A stretch of 64,000 bases of DNA, from the NCBI GenBank assembly GCA_017451505.1, contig JAFTOF010000002.1:1042-65041 (forward strand), given 5' to 3'. Both the position numbers and the translations under genes were made by a program. The notes under the pieces are model-generated. The model did no database searches. It was given only the letters and a program-made list of their open reading frames with translations, and was not told where the DNA came from. Source of the DNA: Clostridia bacterium. Its GTDB lineage: Bacteria > Bacillota > Clostridia > UMGS1883. This document shows, piece after piece, positions 1-8,695 of the stretch (the stretch's first letter is position 1; every line of letters starts with the position of its first letter).

Positions 1-423
1 ACAACGGCATTATCAATATAATCTGCTCCTGCATTTTTTAAATCATCGGCAATTCCCGGATAGCAAGTCATCTTTTCTCCTTTGGTCACTCCTGCGGAGA
101 TTAATATCTGGGGACCGTGACAGATTGCGGCAATGGGTTTTTGGGCAAGGTAAAAAGCTTTTGTCAGATTTACTACATATTCATTCTGTCTGAGCTTTTC
201 GGGAGCAGAACCTCCCGGCAGCAAAAGTGCATCGTAATCCTTTTCGTCAACCTCAGAAACAGCCGCATCAGCCTCAATCTCAAAAAAATGCTTTGCCTTT
301 ATCACACCTTTGTTAAAGGAAACAATGTCAATATGATAATCTTCCTCTTTTAACCTGTAATAAGGGTAAAAAAGCTCGGTATCGTCGCATTTATCACCTG
401 TGATTATAAGAATTTTTTTCATA
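1..423 (-). CDS. DJ-1/PfpI family protein (C-terminus cut by window edge)
   Basis: Not in the ORF track because it runs off the edge. Reverse-strand translation from ATG 423-421 gives MKKILIITGDKCDDTELFYPYYRLKEEDYHIDIV...LLLPGGSAPEKL...KPIAAICHGPQILISAG. The AICHGPQ Cys-His nucleophile elbow is the PfpI/DJ-1 hallmark. Confidence 0.8.
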
Positions 424-426
424 GAA

Positions 427-1278
427 TCATTCCTCGCATATAGTATAATACTTTTCTTTTCCGTTTTTTGCACAGTCAAAAAGTCCGTAAAGAGCACAGC
501 TTTCCGGATTATCAATGATGCTGTATTTTATGCTGCATTCACTTTCAAAGCCGTGCTTCATTAAATCCCATGAACGGGAAATCTGGCCCCCTATGACAAT
601 CTCGGAAAAGTCATCTGCCTCAGATGCCATTTCCATGCACATTCCAAGATGCTTTCCGTAGTTATAGAAAACACCCCTAAGTGCCTTATCTCCCTCTCGG
701 GCGGTTTCGGCAAGCTCTTTTATGCTTATTCCGCTAAAGCCCAGTTCTTCACACTCTCTTAAAATAGCACGTGTGGAAACATAGTCCTCCGCTGTTGCGT
801 CTAAAAAGCTTCTGTTCCATAAGGGATGCAAGGGAGTATGGCGTTTATTCAGAAGTGCTTTTCCGTTATTTACATAAATATACCCCAATCCTGTTCCCAG
901 CATTACTGCCGCAAACTTTTTTTCTTTAAGATAAGGCATTTTGTTAAGCACACCAACTGCAAATGCCGTTGAATCATGAAGAAAAATTGTTTTTGCTGAC
1001 GGAAGCTCCTTTTTGAGCAAATTCTTTAAGCTTACGTTATACATTGATGAAAGCTTATGTGTCATAAGCGATGTCCCAGTTTCAAAATCAAAGGGACCCG
1101 GGGATGAAACAGCAATCAGTTGGGGCATATGCTCCTTTGAAAAGGAGCATATGCTTTCGGGGATGCTTTCATTTCCGAGGGAATCCTTTACGGGAAATTG
1201 ACCGAATTCTTTATTATTTTCCTGAAATAATCCATATTTAACGGCTGTTCCGCCTATATCTAATGCAAGTATTTTCAT
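427..1278 (-). CDS. ROK-family sugar kinase-like protein
   Basis: 283-aa ORF. N-terminal MKILALDIGGTAVKYGLF matches the actin-fold ATPase phosphate-1 motif, and the overall layout is ROK-like. The canonical CxCGxxGC zinc motif is not visible. Overlaps the upstream isomerase gene by 4 nt (operon). Confidence 0.7.
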   Translation of the reverse strand: MKILALDIGGTAVKYGLFQENNKEFGQFPVKDSLGNESIPESICSFSKEHMPQLIAVSSPGPFDFETGTSLMTHKLSSMYNVSLKNLLKKELPSAKTIFLHDSTAFAVGVLNKMPYLKEKKFAAVMLGTGLGYIYVNNGKALLNKRHTPLHPLWNRSFLDATAEDYVSTRAILRECEELGFSGISIKELAETAREGDKALRGVFYNYGKHLGMCMEMASEADDFSEIVIGGQISRSWDLMKHGFESECSIKYSIIDNPESCALYGLFDCAKNGKEKYYTICEE

Positions 1279-3074
1279 GGTTTTAAGTGTGTCTTGTGAA
1301 TTGTTACCGTACCAACACCCTTATTTACAATTCTGTACTTTCCGAATGCGGCAGGAACAACGATTATATCAAGAGAATTCATATCATAGTATAACTCGGG
1401 GTTATCGATTGATTCAACTCTTACCTTTTCGCCGTCAACAAGTGCAAGAACATGGAAAAGACCGTTTGTTTCGTCGGTAATTTCTTTATCGAAGATAAGG
1501 TTACGAAGTGAGAAGTACAAAAGGTCGTGTTCTCCAACAACGATTTCCTTAAAGCCCTCACCCTCTCTTACAACGCCGCCGTGATTAACAAGATTTTCTT
1601 CTATCCATTCCTTGTCGCGTTCACCGCGAATAACTTCCTTACCCATCTTAAGATGTATGGGACGGGGAACTCCTGTCTGCGGGTCAAGACGCTGATAGTC
1701 ATAAAGCTTATATGTATATGAACCAACTGTAAGAGAGCCAATTTCAAGAATAACCTGATTTCTTCCCGATGCGTGGATTGTACCTGCGGGAATCATAACC
1801 TGTGTCCCCGGTATGGAGTCTACTGCATTTACATACTTTTCATAATCAATAATTTCGTGAGTTTTTTCTGCACGCTCAGCCTCTTCAAAGAACTTTTCAC
1901 AGCTATCCTTTTCATTGAATCCAAGATATGTTTTTGCACCCTGTCCTGCGATAACTACATAATAGCTTTCGTCCTGTCTGCCGAATTCTCCATGATTATT
2001 TACTACATATTCCTCGTGGGGGTGGCACTGAATAGACATATTCCCTGAAGAATGGTATGTATCGTCATAGTTGAATCTGATGGGGAAATATCCGCCGAAC
2101 TCTGTAAATGCACGGTGTCCGAGAAGCTCCTCGCCCATTGCCTGAACAAAGGTAAAGAAGGGTGCTTCAAATTCAAGAGTGTCAAGCTGTGCAACGATAG
2201 AAACCTCGAGAGGAATCATATCAAACACCCACGCACAGTTACGCATTTCTTTTGGAAGATTTCTGAGGCGGTGTACATAATATCCTCCCCAAACGCCCTC
2301 AAGGTATACGGGTCTGCAACGGAAGGGACGAGAGCAAAGTTCTCTGAACAGGTCAAGAACTGCATCAAAGGGGAGCATACTCATTTTTACGGGGTCGTCT
2401 GCTGTGATATAGAAATCGATTTTACGGTTTCTCATCATTTTCCAACGCTGTTCCATCGCCGTTTCAAAGTCAACGTAATAGTTTCTTCTCATCATAAGAG
2501 AATAAGGAAGCTCTTCTGTAAGACCGATGTTTCTGTTTTTACCGTTTTTGCAGTTAAGGACGGCAGTTCTGGGAGTTACATCCATCCATACTCTTACATC
2601 ATATGCGTCCTGAAGCTCTTCCGAAAGGGCACCTTTACCATATACAATAAGCTTCTTTGCCTTTTTGATTTTTTCATTAAGTGCAGCAACCTTTTCTTCG
2701 TCCTGCAAGCCCTTGTAGCCCTCGGTATATCTTCTTCCGTAAAGAAGAACAGGGTCATAATCTCTGTCTTCGGGAAGATAGGGCTTAATCTTTGCCGTAA
2801 TCACTTCAGAGGGAAGCATTACACTGTCGCCATCAATAAACTCAACGCCCTCTGTCGCAAGCTGCTGGCGAAGAACATTAATAAGTGTTTCGTATTCGCT
2901 GCCGGGGTAGGCATCGATACCGATTGTTTTTACTCCATCATCAAACAGAGAAGCAATTTTCTTTCCTACATTTAAAATTCCGTGAACGAGATTCTTCTTA
3001 ACCGACTCAGGAACGTTAACCTTGTTAACTGCATTTGGGTCAGCATAAGGATAGGGATGAAACATAAAGCTCAT
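1275..3074 (-). CDS. Type I phosphomannose-isomerase-like cupin protein with a long N-terminal extension
   Basis: 599-aa ORF. The C-terminal half has PMI/cupin signatures (SIQCHPHEEY, QDESYYVV, IPAGTIHASG). About 270 aa at the N-terminus are of unclear function. Confidence 0.65.
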   Translation of the reverse strand: MSFMFHPYPYADPNAVNKVNVPESVKKNLVHGILNVGKKIASLFDDGVKTIGIDAYPGSEYETLINVLRQQLATEGVEFIDGDSVMLPSEVITAKIKPYLPEDRDYDPVLLYGRRYTEGYKGLQDEEKVAALNEKIKKAKKLIVYGKGALSEELQDAYDVRVWMDVTPRTAVLNCKNGKNRNIGLTEELPYSLMMRRNYYVDFETAMEQRWKMMRNRKIDFYITADDPVKMSMLPFDAVLDLFRELCSRPFRCRPVYLEGVWGGYYVHRLRNLPKEMRNCAWVFDMIPLEVSIVAQLDTLEFEAPFFTFVQAMGEELLGHRAFTEFGGYFPIRFNYDDTYHSSGNMSIQCHPHEEYVVNNHGEFGRQDESYYVVIAGQGAKTYLGFNEKDSCEKFFEEAERAEKTHEIIDYEKYVNAVDSIPGTQVMIPAGTIHASGRNQVILEIGSLTVGSYTYKLYDYQRLDPQTGVPRPIHLKMGKEVIRGERDKEWIEENLVNHGGVVREGEGFKEIVVGEHDLLYFSLRNLIFDKEITDETNGLFHVLALVDGEKVRVESIDNPELYYDMNSLDIIVVPAAFGKYRIVNKGVGTVTIHKTHLKP

Positions 3075-3214
3075 AATTTATCACCTTTCTGTATCTGTAA
3101 TTTAATATAATTTTATCAGATTTTTACTCATGACAAAACCAATTATTTCGACTTTTTATATAATTATATTGACTTTATGCAGTGTTTATTATATTATCGT
3201 AGTGAGGTGATTAT

Positions 3215-4030
3215 ATGCTTGACTTTAATATTCTTGAGTGTAAACGCTTTATTGCACCTTCGGCAAGCTCGGTAATTAAAAGAACGGTCCACAACTATGA
3301 GATTGATTATTATATAAAAGGAGAGCGGATTTTCTATATAAATGATGAGAAATTCGTTACGGGAAGCGGATATATTTGCTTCAGGCACCCGGGGCAGGAG
3401 GTATACAGCTTCGGAGATTACAACTGCTACATTATGACTATAGACTTTTCAAAGAAAACACCTATCGAATCTTATAGCAGAAATTCCACTACTATTGTGG
3501 AAGAAGAATGTGCGGACTCTTTGATTAATTCAATCCCCCCCACTTTTCAGCCTTTTCATTCGGGGGAACTGATGGGGCTTTTTTCTTCACTTTCGGAGCA
3601 AACTGATTTAAACTGCGAAACATCTTATTTTTTGGCTAAGGAAATTCTCTACCTGATTGGCTCGGATGTTTGCCGGCTGAATTTTGAAAACAAAAAGATC
3701 GTACGTACGCCTGCCGACAAGGCTATTCAATATATCAACAAGCACTACTGTGAGAACATCTCTTTAGAGGAGCTTGCACATGCTGTAAACTTAGACAAAA
3801 GCTACCTGTGCAGACTTTTCAAAAAGCGTTTTGGGTTTTCTCCCAACGCATATATTATAACTCAAAGGCTAAATTATGCTCGCAATCTTCTGCTTAACAC
3901 CAATATGTCCGTAAATGAAATTGCTTCAGCATGCGGATATAACAATACGTCATTTTTTATCGAGCACTATAAAAAGTTTTTTAATACATCTCCAGGGCGT
4001 GACAGACAAGAAATATGGGGAGCTTCATAA
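3215..4030 (+). CDS. AraC family transcriptional regulator
   Basis: 271 aa. The C-terminal double HTH is typical of AraC/XylS (ISLEELAHAVNLDKSYLCRLFKK...MSVNEIASACGYNNTSFF), with a cupin-like N-terminal domain. Divergent from the isomerase-kinase operon. Confidence 0.85.
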   Translation: MLDFNILECKRFIAPSASSVIKRTVHNYEIDYYIKGERIFYINDEKFVTGSGYICFRHPGQEVYSFGDYNCYIMTIDFSKKTPIESYSRNSTTIVEEECADSLINSIPPTFQPFHSGELMGLFSSLSEQTDLNCETSYFLAKEILYLIGSDVCRLNFENKKIVRTPADKAIQYINKHYCENISLEELAHAVNLDKSYLCRLFKKRFGFSPNAYIITQRLNYARNLLLNTNMSVNEIASACGYNNTSFFIEHYKKFFNTSPGRDRQEIWGAS

Positions 4031-4062
4031 ACAGAAGAAGCTATCAAATAATTTGCATTAGA

Positions 4063-4106
4063 AACAAAAAAGAAATTCCTCAAATTGAGGAATTTCTTTT
4101 TTGTTT
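4063..4106. terminator. Bidirectional intrinsic terminator
   Basis: Perfect hairpin agaaattcctc/aaatt/gaggaatttct flanked by an A-run and a T-run. It lies between the convergent AraC gene and the feo operon. Confidence 0.8.
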
Positions 4107-4107
4107 A

Positions 4108-4266
4108 TTATTCTTCGTTATTATTGCAATGATTACACTGTGAGCATTTACCACCGGAGGGACAGCCTATGCACTTAACTCCGCGTTTTTTTGATTTTAT
4201 GATAAATGCTACGGCACCGCCTATAATAACGACAAGTATTGCAATAATAATTAAGTCCTTAGTCAT
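4108..4266 (-). CDS. FeoB-associated Cys-rich membrane protein (52 aa)
   Basis: Below the ORF-track size cut-off. My translation is MTKDLIIIAILVVIIGGAVAFIIKSKKRGVKCIGCPSGGKCSQCNHCNNNEE: one TM helix plus a Cys-rich tail. It lies 20 nt downstream of feoB, the usual position for this family. Confidence 0.75.
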   Translation of the reverse strand: MTKDLIIIAILVVIIGGAVAFIIKSKKRGVKCIGCPSGGKCSQCNHCNNNEE

Positions 4267-4286
4267 ACTGCTTCCTCCCCTGCTTT

Positions 4287-6311
4287 TTATTTTGTGAGAA
4301 GCTTTTCTTTTTTTGCATTTATGCTTATTGACTTTTTATTGTTTTTACGGATAAGATAGCCTATTACTCCGCCAAAGGCGATAATTGCAAGAAGTCCGGG
4401 GAAAAATCCTGCACCAACGCTTCCTGTATAAATCAGCGTACCAATCTGATATACTGCAAATGAGACTGTAAATCCCACTGCAAACTGGAGAGCAATTCCA
4501 CCCCACAGCCATTTTTTACTTTTCATTTCTGCATTCATTGCCCCGATTGCCGCAAAGCACGGAGGTGTAAAGAGGTTAAACATCAAATATGCCAGTGCAG
4601 CTACTTTTGTAAGATTCATTGCTGCCATGATTTCCGCACTTCCACCTGACACCTCAAGGTCTTCGTTAATAAACTTAGCAATGGTCGGGTAGACAATAGC
4701 TATAGTACCAACTACATTTTCCTTTGCTATAAATCCTGTTACAGCTGCAGCCGCAAGCTGCCATGCCTTAATTCCGACAACAGGGATAAGTACGTAGGAT
4801 ATTGGTTTTGCAATAGTTGCCAGAATGGAGGTTTCTGCTTTTCCCTCTGCCACTACATTAAAGCTCCACGTGAAATTCTGCATTATTGTAACCGCTGCAT
4901 TACATACAAGAATAATTGTACCCGCCTTTACAATATATGACCAACCACGTGAACACATGGAAAGAAAGGCTCTTTTAAAGCTTGGAATTTTATATTCAGG
5001 AAGCTCGATGATAAAGAAAGACTTTCTATGCTTATAGCCTGTAATTTTATTAATAAGAAGTGCACCAAAGAAGATAATCGCTATACCCATAAAATACATA
5101 AGTGTGCCAACCCAGGAAGCATCCTTAAAGAATACGCCGGCAAAAAGAGCTATTACGGGAAGCTTTGCACCGCAGGGCATAAAAGGTGCAAGCATTGCTG
5201 TGGCTCTTCTCTCCCTTTCGTTACGGATTGTACGGCAAGCCATAACACCCGGAATAGCACAGCCTGTACCAATTACAAAAGGAATGACTGATTTTCCTGA
5301 AAGCCCTACCTTTTTGAAAATGGGGTCAAGCACGACGCTGACACGTGCCATGTAACCGCAATCCTCCAAAAGTGCAATAAGAAAATACATTACCATTACA
5401 AGGGGCAAGAATCCAAGCACGGCACCAACACCGCCTATAATACCGTCCAGAACAATAGCCTGAAGTATGTCGGCACTTCCCTCCATCCAGCCTGATACAA
5501 GCTCTGTAAACGCTCCTATCCAGCCTTCAAGCACGCCTGCAAGTGCTACACCCAAACCGATTTTTGACTCTGCCTGTGATATATGAAAAACAAGGAACAT
5601 TACAACCGCAAAAATCGGAATTCCGAGCCATCTATTTGTAAGAACTGAATCAATTTTATCCTGAAAGTTCTTTTGATTAGTATGTACTTTTCGTGTTTCC
5701 ACCTTTGAAACTATGCTATTTACAAATTCAAAACGTTTTCTGTCTGCGGTTTCAACGGAAAGCCTATCTGTAAGGTCAATATCGTCCTGTAAATACGGAG
5801 CTTTCTGTGCTTTGCCTGAAAGCTTCATCGCCTCTGCTACAACCTCTTTTAATCCTTCGTTCTTTGAAGATGTGGAAACAGTTTCAACAACGGGACAATT
5901 AAGAAGTTTTGATAATGCCGCAGTATCAATCGCAGTTTTTTTCTTTTCATTAACATCACTTTTGTTGAGAGCTACCACAACGGGAACACCCAATTCAAGG
6001 AGCTGAGTTGTAAAAAACAAGCTTCTGCTGAGATTGGTAGCATCGACAATATTTATGATAACATCGGGATTTTCCTTTTTTATATATTCGCTGGTGATGC
6101 TTTCCTCCGATGTGAAAGGAGACATTGAATATGCTCCCGGAAGATCTACCGCCTTAATCTCTTTTCCCTCACAAAAGCTCTTTTTAATCAATGCTTCTTT
6201 TTTATCAACGGTTACGCCTGCCCAGTTTCCAACGCGTTCATTTTTTCCCGTAAGTGCGTTGTACATAGTCGTTTTACCGCTGTTAGGATTGCCTGCAAAA
6301 GCAACTCTCAT
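4287..6311 (-). CDS. feoB: Ferrous iron transport protein B
   Basis: 674 aa. N-terminal G-domain (MRVAFAGNPNSGKTT, DLPG, NKSD) followed by a polytopic membrane domain. Confidence 0.95.
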   Translation of the reverse strand: MRVAFAGNPNSGKTTMYNALTGKNERVGNWAGVTVDKKEALIKKSFCEGKEIKAVDLPGAYSMSPFTSEESITSEYIKKENPDVIINIVDATNLSRSLFFTTQLLELGVPVVVALNKSDVNEKKKTAIDTAALSKLLNCPVVETVSTSSKNEGLKEVVAEAMKLSGKAQKAPYLQDDIDLTDRLSVETADRKRFEFVNSIVSKVETRKVHTNQKNFQDKIDSVLTNRWLGIPIFAVVMFLVFHISQAESKIGLGVALAGVLEGWIGAFTELVSGWMEGSADILQAIVLDGIIGGVGAVLGFLPLVMVMYFLIALLEDCGYMARVSVVLDPIFKKVGLSGKSVIPFVIGTGCAIPGVMACRTIRNERERRATAMLAPFMPCGAKLPVIALFAGVFFKDASWVGTLMYFMGIAIIFFGALLINKITGYKHRKSFFIIELPEYKIPSFKRAFLSMCSRGWSYIVKAGTIILVCNAAVTIMQNFTWSFNVVAEGKAETSILATIAKPISYVLIPVVGIKAWQLAAAAVTGFIAKENVVGTIAIVYPTIAKFINEDLEVSGGSAEIMAAMNLTKVAALAYLMFNLFTPPCFAAIGAMNAEMKSKKWLWGGIALQFAVGFTVSFAVYQIGTLIYTGSVGAGFFPGLLAIIAFGGVIGYLIRKNNKKSISINAKKEKLLTK

Positions 6312-6345
6312 GGTAATTCCCCCTTATGTAAAATAAAATTAATTG

Positions 6346-6364
6346 TTAGTTAGTTGAAGCTAAC
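6346..6364 (-). promoter_or_regulatory. Second, partial iron-box-like site between feoA and feoB
   Basis: TTAGTTAGTTGAAGCTAAC shares the exact 10-mer TTAGTTAGTT with the palindrome upstream of feoA and has GTTAG...CTAAC arms. Confidence 0.4.
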
Positions 6365-6375
6365 CCATTATCAAA

Positions 6376-6401
6376 AATATAAAGCCGTTCGGCTTATATT
6401 T
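6376..6401 (-). terminator. Hairpin / possible internal attenuator between feoA and feoB
   Basis: Reverse strand reads AAATATAAGCC-GAAC-GGCTTTATATTT followed by TTTTGAT, 16 nt after the feoA stop. Confidence 0.45.
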
Positions 6402-6416
6402 TAATAGCAAAAGTAT

Positions 6417-6638
6417 TTAGATAATAATTGCCTGTGCCAGTTCGTTGTCTATATTATATCTCCCATCTTTGATTGAAACGACACAACCGCCCCTCAAATG
6501 AGAAATAACTGTAATCGGCTCACCACTGTAACAGCCAAGGGAGAAAAGGAATGAATTCAATTCTTCGTCATCGGTGTCTATACTTTTTACAATATATTCT
6601 TTTCCTTCAATAGCATCTTTCAAAGTCATTTCTCTCAC
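6417..6638 (-). CDS. feoA: FeoA family protein
   Basis: 73-aa small SH3-like protein directly upstream of feoB. Confidence 0.85.
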   Translation of the reverse strand: MREMTLKDAIEGKEYIVKSIDTDDEELNSFLFSLGCYSGEPITVISHLRGGCVVSIKDGRYNIDNELAQAIII

Positions 6639-6655
6639 CCCTGATGATTTTTTCT

Positions 6656-6681
6656 TTAGTTAGTTTAGCATAACTAACTAA
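6656..6681. promoter_or_regulatory. 26-bp palindromic operator resembling DtxR/IdeR-type iron boxes
   Basis: TTAGTTAGTTtaGCatAACTAACTAA has 22/26 positions self-complementary. It overlaps the spacer and -10 of the feoA promoter. The arm sequence resembles the DtxR/IdeR consensus TTAGGTTAGCCTAACCTAA. Confidence 0.6.
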
Positions 6682-6691
6682 TATTTGTCAA
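6662..6691 (-). promoter_or_regulatory. Sigma-A type promoter of feoA
   Basis: Reverse strand has TTGACA, an 18-nt spacer, then TAAACT, about 25 nt upstream of the feoA RBS region. Confidence 0.55.
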
Positions 6692-6841
6692 CTGTTTTTT
6701 TGAGATTTTTTCATTTTTTTTATCCAATATTTACATAAATGGTTTGCACCGTTTTTGTCGAATAATACTCTTGTGAGGATTTCTGAGGGTCCGCGCAGGA
6801 GTCCAGATAAAATCAGGCGGACGGAAAGGTTATGATACTTT

Positions 6842-8068
6842 ATGAGAGGTAAAAAGATCACTTCTACCCTTACGGCATTTGCACTTCTTTCGTCCAGTGC
6901 AATGGCTGATGTAAGCTATACTGTCCAGAAAGGAGATTCCTACTGGAATATAGCAAAGCGGTTTAACACGAGCATGGAGTCAGTTATGGACGCTAATCCC
7001 GAAAGCTCGTCTTCTTATCTTATTACAGGACAGATAATTAAAATTCCCTCAAACACTTACACAGCACAAAAAGGCGATACATATTACCTTATAGCAAAAA
7101 AGTGCGGTGTTTCTCTCAGCTCACTTCTTAGTGCAAACGGAAAAACGTCAAGCTCTGTCCTGTATCCCGGTCAGACAGTCACAATCCCCGACAGCGGAAA
7201 CGGTTACACAACCTACACTGTGCAGAAAGGTGACACATACTGGATAATATCCCAAAAATACGGCGTGAGCCTTAGTGACTTACTAAGTGCAAACAATGCA
7301 ACAAATAACACACTTTTAAACATTGGTGATAAGGTTAAAATCCCGTCATCATCCGGTACAGGAAGTTCGGGGAATACAAATTCAGGTTCTTCGGGAAGCC
7401 CCTCAAGCGGTCCTTATGTAACCTATGACACATATACTGTGCAAAACGGTGACACTTTCTGGAACATAGCTATAAAACACGGGATTCCTTATTCGGAGCT
7501 TCTTCAGGTGAACTCACTTTCACAGTCCTCTAAAATATATGCAGGAATGAAGCTTACTATTCCAGTACATCACGTTCCTGTAAAATATGCTCCACAGGGG
7601 TACGGCGAGCTTCTCGAATGGTTTAGTGAAGCACAGTATGTAGTCCCGATAAATACAGATTTCAAGGTTGTTGACCTTGCCACGGGAAAGAGCTTTAACG
7701 CCAGAAGAACCGTAGGAAGCGGACACGCTGACTGTGAAACACTGACGGCTAAGGATACTGCAATTATGAAAGAAATCTGGGGTGGGAACTTTAGCTGGAA
7801 TAAGAGAAGCGTTCTCATCGTCGTGAACGGAAGAACTATTGCTGCAAGTGCAGCAGGAATGATGCACGCAGGAAATGATGGTGCTCCCGGCGGTGAGTGG
7901 ACGAGCTGGAGAAGTGATAATTATGGTGAAGGAATAAATTACGACTACATAAAAGGAAATAATGCACACGGACATTTTGACCTGCATTTCTATAAATCAA
8001 TAGGACACAGCAGCGGAGTGGAAAGCTCCGCACATCAGGCTAATGTACTTAAGAGTGCAGGTAGATAA
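6842..8068 (+). CDS. Secreted protein with four LysM repeats and an uncharacterised C-terminal domain
   Basis: 408 aa with a signal peptide and four repeats of YTVQKGD(S/T)(Y/F)W.IA...G...L...N. A Gly/Ser linker precedes a roughly 170-aa C-terminal domain with GSGHAD and HGHFDLHF motifs. Confidence 0.85.
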   Translation: MRGKKITSTLTAFALLSSSAMADVSYTVQKGDSYWNIAKRFNTSMESVMDANPESSSSYLITGQIIKIPSNTYTAQKGDTYYLIAKKCGVSLSSLLSANGKTSSSVLYPGQTVTIPDSGNGYTTYTVQKGDTYWIISQKYGVSLSDLLSANNATNNTLLNIGDKVKIPSSSGTGSSGNTNSGSSGSPSSGPYVTYDTYTVQNGDTFWNIAIKHGIPYSELLQVNSLSQSSKIYAGMKLTIPVHHVPVKYAPQGYGELLEWFSEAQYVVPINTDFKVVDLATGKSFNARRTVGSGHADCETLTAKDTAIMKEIWGGNFSWNKRSVLIVVNGRTIAASAAGMMHAGNDGAPGGEWTSWRSDNYGEGINYDYIKGNNAHGHFDLHFYKSIGHSSGVESSAHQANVLKSAGR

Positions 8069-8075
8069 TAAAATA

Positions 8076-8114
8076 AGGGTGTAAAAAGGCTTACCTTTTT
8101 ACACCCTGTTTTTA
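8076..8114. terminator. Bidirectional intrinsic terminator
   Basis: agggtgtaaaaagg/ctta/cctttttacaccct followed by a T-run, between the convergent LysM gene and cvpA. Confidence 0.8.
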
Positions 8115-8687
8115 TAAAACGGAATTTACTAATTCACTTACTAAATTTTCTGAAGCGAAGAAAGAAGCTAACGAGGATTCTCTTATACTTTCTGCGGCTA
8201 ATGTCCATGTGCCGCTATCTCCCAGTGCAATCAGGACACCGATAACGATATATGTAATAAAAGCACCGCTTATAAGTCCGATGATTCCGCCAAGAAGCGA
8301 ATTTGCCTGCTTTATTATAGGTAGCTTTGATGCAAATTTTGCAACGCTTACCAATAGAGAAACAAGAACCTTAACCAAAACAATTATTAACACAAAGGTG
8401 ATTGCATTAATTATAAGCATTGCTCCGCTTTCGACAGCTGCGGTATTTGCTAAAAGCTCTCCGCCTTTTACATTTTCGGCAAGTGACTTTTCCACCACTG
8501 ACTTTGCAATTTCACCAAGGGGTGATGCGTATAGTACTAAAGCAACGGGCTTATAAACAACAGAGGTAAGTACAAAAGAAATTATTGTGGAGGCAAAGCC
8601 TAAGAGTGTACTTATAAAACCTTTCTTCATTCCCCAAAGCGTAAATATTGCCAGAGTAATTATTAAAACTAAATCAGCCATAATCAT
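8112..8687 (-). CDS. CvpA family membrane protein
   Basis: 191 aa with four predicted TM segments and a CvpA-like N-terminus (LVLIITLAIFTLWGMKKGFI). Confidence 0.7.
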   Translation of the reverse strand: MIMADLVLIITLAIFTLWGMKKGFISTLLGFASTIISFVLTSVVYKPVALVLYASPLGEIAKSVVEKSLAENVKGGELLANTAAVESGAMLIINAITFVLIIVLVKVLVSLLVSVAKFASKLPIIKQANSLLGGIIGLISGAFITYIVIGVLIALGDSGTWTLAAESIRESSLASFFASENLVSELVNSVL

Positions 8688-8695
8688 TTCCCCTT

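Noticed and set aside
2052-2975. 307-aa + strand ORF inside the PMI-like gene
   Set aside because: It is antisense to a well-supported 599-aa CDS. The translation is Cys/Phe/Lys-rich with no motifs and no RBS. This is a typical shadow ORF.
6780-6841. Possible riboswitch (for example cyclic-di-AMP/ydaO type) in the leader of the LysM protein gene
   Set aside because: Only a single GUCCGC...GCGGAC hairpin is visible. None of the conserved ydaO blocks I recall (GGGGACCCA, CCCGAACCCG.CAGCUAACC) are present. The leader may still be structured, but I cannot support a class.
8076-8114. Terminators at 8076 and 50493 share GGTGTAAAAA...TTTTTACACC, which could be another repeat family
   Set aside because: Both are A-run/T-run bidirectional terminators. 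The shared core is short and low-complexity, and the loops and flanks differ.
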